A program made the translations under genes and the position numbers. From IMG/VR virus record IMGVR_UViG_3300022602_000026: a DNA stretch of 64,000 nt; one strand, 5' to 3'. The notes beneath the pieces are model-generated. The model did not search any database and had not been told where the DNA came from. It saw only the letters and a list, made by a program, of their open reading frames with translations. Within the stretch, counting starts at the first letter, position 1. Each line of letters starts with the position of its first letter. This stretch comes from a virus (Duplodnaviria; Caudoviricetes). Positions 57,397-63,271 of the stretch are shown piece by piece.

Positions 57397-57550
57397 TATT
57401 GATAAGTGTTTGAGATGAACATGGGGTATCGTGGACTGATCATCCGCTATGCGGGCCTAACTGGCGTGGAACAGGTCCTGACATAACCCGCCATACGCTG
57501 TTGCCGGAAACGATCCGACGCATAAATTGGCACTCAAGCACTTTTCAATA
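57397..57550 (+). ncRNA. Candidate ncRNA closed by an 18-bp stem ending flush with tRNA-Arg
   Basis: TATTGATAAGTGTTTGAG / CTCAAGCACTTTTCAATA; internal GGGCCT/AGGTCC and ATGG/CCAT helices. Confidence 0.55.
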
Positions 57551-57625
57551 GTCGCTATAGTATAATGGATAATACGCCGTGCTACGAACGCGGTGATTGT
57601 GGTTCGATTCCATATAGCGGCACCA
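57551..57625 (+). tRNA. tRNA-Arg(ACG)
   Basis: CCGTG-CTACGAA-CGCGG, CCA. Confidence 0.95.
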
Positions 57626-57631
57626 AACAAT

Positions 57632-57706
57632 GGAGTTGTTAGTTTAGTGGTAAAACCGCGGGTTGTGATTCCGCTATCACGAGTTCGATTCTCGTACTTC
57701 TCCCCA
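57632..57706 (+). tRNA. tRNA-His(GTG)
   Basis: GCGGG-TTGTGAT-TCCGC; encoded G-1:C73; CCA. Confidence 0.92.
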
Positions 57707-57720
57707 GTGTAAAAGTTTTT

Positions 57721-57796
57721 GGGGGTATAGCTCATTTGGTAGAGCAGGACCTTTGCAAGGTCAAGGCGGCGGGTTCGAATCCTGTTACCTCCACCA
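57721..57796 (+). tRNA. tRNA-Ala(TGC)
   Basis: Loop TTTGCAA, G3:U70, CCA. Confidence 0.95.
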
Positions 57797-57802
57797 GAAT
57801 AC

Positions 57803-57894
57803 GGAGACTTGGATGAGTGGTTTAAATCGGCACCCTGCTAAGGTGTTGTATATAGTAATATGTACCGAGAGTTCGAATCTCTCAGTCTCCGCCA
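57803..57894 (+). tRNA. tRNA-Ser(GCT)
   Basis: GCACC-CTGCTAA-GGTGT, long variable arm, CCA. Confidence 0.95.
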
Positions 57895-57897
57895 AAT

Positions 57898-57926
57898 TTG
57901 ACAGTAAATGATGTTACTGTTACAAT
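57898..57926 (+). promoter_or_regulatory. Internal sigma70-type promoter
   Basis: TTGACA-17-TACAAT, ending 11 nt before tRNA-Gln. Confidence 0.8.
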
Positions 57927-57937
57927 AAGAAATCAGT

Positions 57938-58011
57938 TGGGGATTAGTTAAATGGTATAACAGTGGATTTTGATTCCATCGTCGAAAGTTCGATTCTTTC
58001 ATCCCCTGCCA
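57938..58011 (+). tRNA. tRNA-Gln(TTG)
   Basis: GTGGA-TTTTGAT-TCCAT, G73, CCA. Confidence 0.93.
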
Positions 58012-58158
58012 AAGTTTGTTAGTTATTAAAAAGGAAGTTAACATGAAAGACACTGCTAAACACTAGTGTCAATCTTGATCCCGTATTGGTCAGGGTTGGC
58101 ACATTAAAGAACTCTTTAATATAGTATTAAGACATTAAAGAAACTTTTAATACACCAA

Positions 58159-58234
58159 CCCTCTGTGGCGCAATTGGTAGCGCAACGGACTCTTAATCCG
58201 CTGGTTGGCAGTTCAAATCTGCCCGGGGGGACCA
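58159..58234 (+). tRNA. tRNA-Lys(CTT)
   Basis: Loop CTCTTAA, CCA. Confidence 0.95.
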
Positions 58235-58237
58235 TAT

Positions 58238-58313
58238 GGGACGTTAGCTCAGTAGGTAGAGCAAGAAACTTTTAATTTCGAGGTCATGTGTTCGAATCAC
58301 ATACGTCCTACCA
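58238..58313 (+). tRNA. tRNA-Lys(TTT)
   Basis: Loop CTTTTAA; its CCA forms the start of the first array stem. Confidence 0.95.
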
Positions 58314-58925
58314 TATAAAAACACATTAAGTAAGTCCCGGGCAAGATTCGTTTAATAGGCATTAGTGTGTTTCTATATGGTAAGTAATGATACAAGAGGG
58401 AGTAATTACCCTTCAAGTATGACCTAGAAGCGAGTGGACGAACGTGACTGTGGGCCACTAAGGTAGTCAACATTACAATCCATATAAAAACACATTCTTG
58501 TGGGTAAGTGACTTGGTTAACGCCGATATCGACCGCCCGTTTGTAGTGTGTTTCTATATGGTAAGGGCAAGGTGTGCTGTTGGTATCTGGCTTAGACCTC
58601 CGGACTGTCACTAGAATCATTACCGCTCTACTGCTTGGTCGGCAGTACCATATAAAAACACATTAGAGTAGCGACTATTGCTGGAGGCGGTAACACGTAA
58701 TTAGTGTGTTTTTATATGGTATATCAGTTTTTAGTAAGTCATACACGGGACTGCTACCTACGGGATAGATATCGAGGCTCGGAATCTCGGATACTAATTA
58801 CAGACTCAATGACGGATGCATACGGCATTGTTGATACGCCATATAAAAACACATTATCTAACCTGTAGTGCGGTCACAGGACATCGTAAGGTGTGGTAGC
58901 CGTGTTAGTGTGTTTCTATATGGTA
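58311..58925 (+). repeat. Array of four inverted-repeat stems with unique loops and unique spacers
   Basis: Left arm CCATATAAAAACACATT at 58311, 58480, 58648, 58839; right arm TAGTGTGTTTYTATATGGTA at 58363, 58544, 58702, 58906. Confidence 0.95.
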
Positions 58926-58997
58926 ATATAGCATAGTGGCTAATGCAGTTGCTTCATACGCAACCTATCGTTGGTTCGAGTCCAACTATTACCACCA
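58922..58997 (+). tRNA. tRNA(CAT), elongator Met or Ile2
   Basis: GTTGC-TTCATAC-GCAAC, G1:C72 paired (not initiator), CCA. Confidence 0.9.
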
Positions 58998-58999
58998 AG

Positions 59000-59168
59000 T
59001 TTCGGGATAGACGGCGCGATTGAGTCCCTTGACGGTCTTAGTGCTACAGGCTGTAGCATGACACACCAGTAGACCATAAGGTAGCATAAACTCTTGCGTT
59101 CGAGACAAAGACTAATCTTCTACACCGGGAAGTGGCGGTGTAGTCCTCTCTAGATCAGTTTCCCGAAA
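59000..59168 (+). ncRNA. Candidate 170-nt ncRNA
   Basis: TTTCGGGA/TCCCGAAA closing stem; TGCTACA/TGTAGCA, CTACACCG/CGGTGTAG and GGTCT/AGACC helices. Confidence 0.55.
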
Positions 59169-59309
59169 ATCTTTATGTTGCGGGGGTTGTGCGTCTGGCA
59201 CAAACTCCGCTGGAAGACACGTAAACATCTTTTGTTTATAAGGTCGATTTGAGTGTACTTTGTACAACATTTGAAATTCTGTGTAGATGTCTTCCATACA
59301 GTATTTATA

Positions 59310-59386
59310 GCCCCGATAGCTCAGTTGGTAGTAGCACCGTCTTGATAAGGCGTAGGTCCCTGGTTCGAGTCCAGGTCGAGGCACCA
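59310..59386 (+). tRNA. tRNA-Ile(GAT)
   Basis: Loop TTGATAA, TTCGAGT, CCA. Confidence 0.93.
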
Positions 59387-59400
59387 AATTAAAAATTTAT

Positions 59401-59483
59401 TCCACGGGAGCCGCCGGGTGTGGCAGCGGACTGTTAATCCGTGTCGAAAGACTAGCTAGGTTCGAGCCCTAGCCGTGGAGCCA
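59401..59483 (+). tRNA. tRNA-Asn(GTT) with long variable arm
   Basis: GCGGA-CTGTTAA-TCCGT; variable arm GTC-GAAA-GAC; CCA. Confidence 0.9.
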
Positions 59484-59498
59484 ATCATAAATAACTAT

Positions 59499-60104
59499 AT
59501 GTATAATTGTATAGTTTGTGAAAAATCTTTTGTCAGCATTATGTCCTTAACCGGTCATAAAAGAATGCACGGTCAATCTAATGGCAAATCTAAAAAGATA
59601 TTGTGTTCGTGTTTAATTACACGTAAGGTAATGCCGCATCAATATTTAGAAAAATATCAAGACAGTTTAATGGGTTGTAAGCAATGTAAAAAATTGTTTA
59701 AACCAACTGCACAAAGAACTACTTTTTGCTCTCAATCTTGTTCGGCAACATATAACAATACAGTTTACATAAAACGTAAGAAAAAAGAAAAACTGCCAAA
59801 GATTATTAGAGAGAAAAAAGTTTACTCAGAAGCCGAGAAAAAGGCTGCAAATGTTTCAGCAGTACAAGCCTACAGAGCTCGAAAATATAGTGCGACACTA
59901 CCAGATACAAATCGCAAACTTATTAATGAGATTTACAAAATGTGCCCAAAAGGTTATGAAGTAGATCATATTATTGCGTTAAGCGAAGGTGGTCCGCACC
60001 ATCAAGACAATTTACAGTATCTTCCTGCTATAGAAAATAGACGGAAGAACCGAACACAAAATTACGACAAAAGTCTTGCTATCAAATGGCAAGATGTGTT
60101 ATAA
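59499..60104 (+). CDS. C2H2/CxxC zinc-finger HNH endonuclease (homing-type)
   Basis: CIVC..H..MH finger, FCSQSC, EVDHIIALSEGG.HHQDNLQYL; TAAATA 59488-59493. Confidence 0.88.
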   Translation: MYNCIVCEKSFVSIMSLTGHKRMHGQSNGKSKKILCSCLITRKVMPHQYLEKYQDSLMGCKQCKKLFKPTAQRTTFCSQSCSATYNNTVYIKRKKKEKLPKIIREKKVYSEAEKKAANVSAVQAYRARKYSATLPDTNRKLINEIYKMCPKGYEVDHIIALSEGGPHHQDNLQYLPAIENRRKNRTQNYDKSLAIKWQDVL

Positions 60105-60200
60105 TAAAAACAAATACAAGTCAGTTCCCGGATGACTCGAAAAATGCGGGCTGCTCAATCGCCAACGGAGCGAGCGTAAGGTAACAGTTGGACAAATTTC

Positions 60201-60285
60201 GCCCCTTTGCGCCGAATGGGATGGCAACGGATTTGTAATCCGTCTTCGTAAGATAGAGAGTGTTCGATTCACTCAGGGGGCACCA
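60201..60285 (+). tRNA. tRNA-Thr(TGT) with long variable region
   Basis: ACGGA-TTTGTAA-TCCGT; 14-nt variable region; CCA. Confidence 0.9.
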
Positions 60286-60292
60286 AACAACA

Positions 60293-60541
60293 ATGTGGAC
60301 ATACTTAGAAACTTTTTTATTAGTATTTGCAACCGACATACTTTATATCTATTATGTTAAAGCCGTAACAGATCATAAAATATGGCGTGCAACCTTTTGG
60401 AGTATGGTAGTTACATTTACTGCTAGTATAGCAGTGATCAACTACACCGAGAACCATTGGACACTGATATCAAGTTTACTGGGTGCCGGAGCCGGCACTT
60501 ATATAGGTATGCGATTCATTAAAAAGAATAACGGAGTATAG
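60293..60541 (+). CDS. Small membrane protein
   Basis: Three hydrophobic segments ending LLGAGAGTYIG; start taken after tRNA-Thr; stop lies inside tRNA-Pro. Confidence 0.75.
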   Translation: MWTYLETFLLVFATDILYIYYVKAVTDHKIWRATFWSMVVTFTASIAVINYTENHWTLISSLLGAGAGTYIGMRFIKKNNGV

Positions 60542-60609
60542 CGCAGTCTGGCTAGCGCATCTGCTTTGGGAGCAGAGGGTCCAAGGTTCGAATCCTTGTA
60601 CTCCGACCA
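60532..60609 (+). tRNA. tRNA-Pro(TGG)
   Basis: TCTGC-TTTGGGA-GCAGA, CCA. Confidence 0.95.
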
Positions 60610-60621
60610 ATTAAATATAGT

Positions 60622-61692
60622 ATGAAAAGAATAGTTTGGCCATTAAAGATTTATGGTGACAAAGATTTATCGGGCAAAATTTGCACGATCCCTTTTAATA
60701 CTGTAGCAATATCAATTGAAGGTGATGTTCGTATATGTATGTGTACTGATTGGATGCTATCCACAGTTGGCAACATTTATGAAAATTCCTTACAAGATAT
60801 TTTAGTTAATGCAAGATCCACAACAATAAGACAATCTATTGTTGATGGTAATTTTAGATACTGTGACGAAACCAGATGCGGAGTATTGCTTAATTCAGAC
60901 ACAGGATTAATTACAGTAACGCAAGAAGATCAATTATTAAAAAATTTACTTGATCCTGCAAATTTTACAATACCATCTGAGATATGGATAAGTGGTGACA
61001 TGACCTGTAACCTTTCTTGTCCATCTTGTAGAAAAAGCATAATTCGAGAAACAGAAGCACAACAACGACAAAATCAAGAGCTATTAGATAATTTAGTTCA
61101 ACATATTTTTCCTGGCTCCAGCGATAAAGAAATTACCTTGTACATGAGCGCAACTGCTGAAGTATTTGCTAGTTCACTGTTACTGGGTTTGTTGGAAAAA
61201 TTGCCCATTGATCGATACCCTAACATTAGATTAAGTCTACAAACAAACGGGTTATTGGCCGAACGTAGATGGTCTAGGATCCAACATTTAGAAAAGAATA
61301 TACATCGTATCACAGTTACCATAGATAGTTGTACCAAACAAAACTATGAACTATTGAGACGAGGTGGTAAATTTGAAGATATGGAAAGTAGCTTAGAGTT
61401 TTTTTCAAAGAAAAAACGCGAGCTAGGGTTTCAGTATTATATTAGATCAGTAACGCAACAAACAAATTGCAACGAGATCGAACAATTTTATGATTATTGC
61501 AAACAACACGACGCTGATCGAGTTGAATACTGTAAGTTGGCCAATTGGGGAACTTTCACCGAGCAAGAATTTTTAGCACACGATGTGCTTGATAACGCAC
61601 ACCAACAGTACCAATCAACAATTGATACTTTTAATCGACTCAAAGAAAAATACAACGATGTATTTTTTATAGGCTTCGCAAGTATGGCGTAA
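60622..61692 (+). CDS. Radical SAM protein with N-terminal Cys-rich (SPASM/twitch-like) domain
   Basis: CNLSCPSC; CTIPF..GDVRICMC..CDETRC; stop lies inside tRNA-Leu. Confidence 0.88.
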   Translation: MKRIVWPLKIYGDKDLSGKICTIPFNTVAISIEGDVRICMCTDWMLSTVGNIYENSLQDILVNARSTTIRQSIVDGNFRYCDETRCGVLLNSDTGLITVTQEDQLLKNLLDPANFTIPSEIWISGDMTCNLSCPSCRKSIIRETEAQQRQNQELLDNLVQHIFPGSSDKEITLYMSATAEVFASSLLLGLLEKLPIDRYPNIRLSLQTNGLLAERRWSRIQHLEKNIHRITVTIDSCTKQNYELLRRGGKFEDMESSLEFFSKKKRELGFQYYIRSVTQQTNCNEIEQFYDYCKQHDADRVEYCKLANWGTFTEQEFLAHDVLDNAHQQYQSTIDTFNRLKEKYNDVFFIGFASMA

Positions 61693-61763
61693 TCGGTAGC
61701 CGCAGCAGACTTAAAATCTGCCGAGTTTGACTCGTCCCGGTTCGATTCCGGGTACTTGCACCA
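61678..61763 (+). tRNA. tRNA-Leu(TAA)
   Basis: GCAGA-CTTAAAA-TCTGC, long variable arm, CCA. Confidence 0.95.
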
Positions 61764-61765
61764 AC

Positions 61766-61842
61766 ACCACTGTAGTCTAACTGAATAAGGCACCGCTCTT
61801 CTAAAGCGTACGATGTGAGTTTGAATCTCGCCAGTGGTACCA
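61766..61842 (+). tRNA. tRNA-Arg(TCT)
   Basis: Loop CTTCTAA, ACCACTG/CAGTGGT acceptor, CCA. Confidence 0.92.
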
Positions 61843-61884
61843 TTTATCATAAATACTTCTATGTAAAGACTAGGAGTAGAAGTA

Positions 61885-62586
61885 ATGGATTATAAGAAAA
61901 TATACGAAAATTTAATAGATCGTGCTAGAGATCGATGTTTAATAGATGGTGAATATTATGAATCGCACCACATTGTTCCTAGATGTTTAGGTGGTAATGA
62001 TAGTATTGATAATTTAGTAAATCTAACAGCTAGAGAACATTTTATAGCACATTTATGCCTAGTTAAGAATAATCCGGGTAATCATAAACTTGTGAAAGCG
62101 GCCGTTATGATGACTGTTAGTGGCACAGTTCATAATAGAATAGGGAATAGAGTTTATGAATGGTTAAGAAAAAAGCATTCAGTTGCAATGAGTATTTCAC
62201 AATCCGGAAAAGGTAATAGCCAATTTGGATCTGTCTGGGTATTTAACGATATCTTAAAAGAAAATAAAAAAGTTAAAAAATCTGAATTATCTACGTTTAT
62301 TGCCGCCGGGTGGCATGAAGGAAGAGTTTATGATTTTGATAGCGTATATCAAAATTGTGCAGTTTGTGGAAAAGACTTCAGAAACCATTTTAAGAAAAAG
62401 ACTTGCAGTTACACATGTCAAGAAATCTTAAAAGGCAAATTTAAAAGTTTTGAAGGCAAAGAAGAAGAATTAAAAATGCATTATGCAAATACTAAGAGTA
62501 TGAATAAAGCATTAAAGGCAATGGGATATCCTGGAGCAGTTAGCCATTATTATCAATGGGCTAAACGTATCCTAAAGCAAACATAA
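61885..62586 (+). CDS. HNH homing endonuclease
   Basis: YESHHIVPRCLGG..NLVNLTAREHFIAH; TAAATA 61850-61855, SD AGGAG. Confidence 0.92.
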   Translation: MDYKKIYENLIDRARDRCLIDGEYYESHHIVPRCLGGNDSIDNLVNLTAREHFIAHLCLVKNNPGNHKLVKAAVMMTVSGTVHNRIGNRVYEWLRKKHSVAMSISQSGKGNSQFGSVWVFNDILKENKKVKKSELSTFIAAGWHEGRVYDFDSVYQNCAVCGKDFRNHFKKKTCSYTCQEILKGKFKSFEGKEEELKMHYANTKSMNKALKAMGYPGAVSHYYQWAKRILKQT

Positions 62587-62589
62587 TTT

Positions 62590-62664
62590 GCGACTATAGC
62601 ATAGCGGTAGTGCCGCGAACTCATAATTCGTACGGGGGTGGTTCGAATCCACCTGGTCGCACCA
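62590..62664 (+). tRNA. tRNA(CAT), elongator Met or Ile2
   Basis: GCGAA-CTCATAA-TTCGT, G1:C72 paired, CCA. Confidence 0.9.
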
Positions 62665-62669
62665 AATTT

Positions 62670-62745
62670 GCAACTTTAGCTGATGTGGTCATAGCGGTGG
62701 CGTGAAGAGCCATTGAACTAGGTTCGATTCCTAGAGGTTGCACCA
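62670..62745 (+). tRNA. tRNA-Phe(GAA)
   Basis: GTGGC-GTGAAGA-GCCAT, CCA. Confidence 0.92.
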
Positions 62746-62749
62746 AATC

Positions 62750-62827
62750 GCCCCCGTGGACAAATTGGCAAAGTCATTTCTCTCAAAAGGAAAAGTTTTC
62801 TCCGTTCGACTCGGAGCGGGGGTACCA
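62750..62827 (+). tRNA. tRNA-Leu(CAA) with short variable loop
   Basis: TTTCT-CTCAAAA-GGAAA; variable region only about 6 nt; CCA. Confidence 0.9.
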
Positions 62828-62829
62828 AG

Positions 62830-62903
62830 GCTCTTGTAGTTAAGTGGCATAACACAGTCTTGGTAAGACTGAATAGAAAGTTCGATTCTTTCCTAGAGCA
62901 CCA
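62830..62903 (+). tRNA. tRNA-Thr(GGT)
   Basis: CAGTC-TTGGTAA-GACTG, CCA. Confidence 0.95.
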
Positions 62904-62904
62904 G

Positions 62905-62933
62905 TTGACAAATAAATAGAATGATAGTATAAT
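62905..62933 (+). promoter_or_regulatory. Consensus sigma70 promoter
   Basis: TTGACA-17-TATAAT, ending 10 nt before tRNA-Gly. Confidence 0.9.
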
Positions 62934-62943
62934 AGATACTAAT

Positions 62944-63017
62944 GCGGGATTAGTTTAATGGTAAAACAGAACCTTGCCAAGGTTCGGACAGGAGTTCGAT
63001 TCTCCTATCCCGCTCCA
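62944..63017 (+). tRNA. tRNA-Gly(GCC)
   Basis: GAACC-TTGCCAA-GGTTC, U73, CCA. Confidence 0.95.
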
Positions 63018-63024
63018 AGAGTTC

Positions 63025-63098
63025 GCCTCGGTAGTTTAATGGTAGAACGGCATCCTTACACGGTGCATACGGGAGTTCGATTCTCCAACGAGGTACCA
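63025..63098 (+). tRNA. tRNA-Val(TAC)
   Basis: GCATC-CTTACAC-GGTGC, CCA. Confidence 0.95.
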
Positions 63099-63106
63099 AG
63101 AAAGAT

Positions 63107-63180
63107 GGGTCATTAGTATAATGGTAGTACAAGAGTCTCCAAAACTTTTAGCGGTGGTTCGATTCCATCATGACTCGCCA
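63107..63180 (+). tRNA. tRNA-Trp(CCA)
   Basis: AGAGT-CTCCAAA-ACTTT, CCA. Confidence 0.95.
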
Positions 63181-63186
63181 AACAAT

Positions 63187-63264
63187 GTAAGGGTGGCAGA
63201 GTGGCCCAATGCAACGGATTGCAAATCCGTAAAACCGTCGGTTCAAATCCGACCCCTTACTCCA
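63187..63264 (+). tRNA. tRNA-Cys(GCA)
   Basis: ACGGA-TTGCAAA-TCCGT, U73, CCA. Confidence 0.95.
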
Positions 63265-63271
63265 ACAATTT

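Noticed and set aside
58311-58925. CRISPR array interpretation of the repeat cluster
   Set aside because: Repeats alternate between two inverted arms, intervening lengths are irregular (35-50 and 84-117 nt), and no cas gene is in the window; retained as a distinct finding
55947-59300. tmRNA, RNase P RNA or rRNA among the structured modules
   Set aside because: No tmRNA tRNA-like ends with tag frame, no RNase P P4 GAAAGTCC-type signature, no rRNA sequence recognised
21960-60292. Upstream start codons in the ORF track (22013, 24706, 44521, 50347, 51369, 55545, 59475, 60260)
   Set aside because: They lie inside promoters, tRNAs or upstream genes; downstream ATGs have an SD, coupling or promoter spacing
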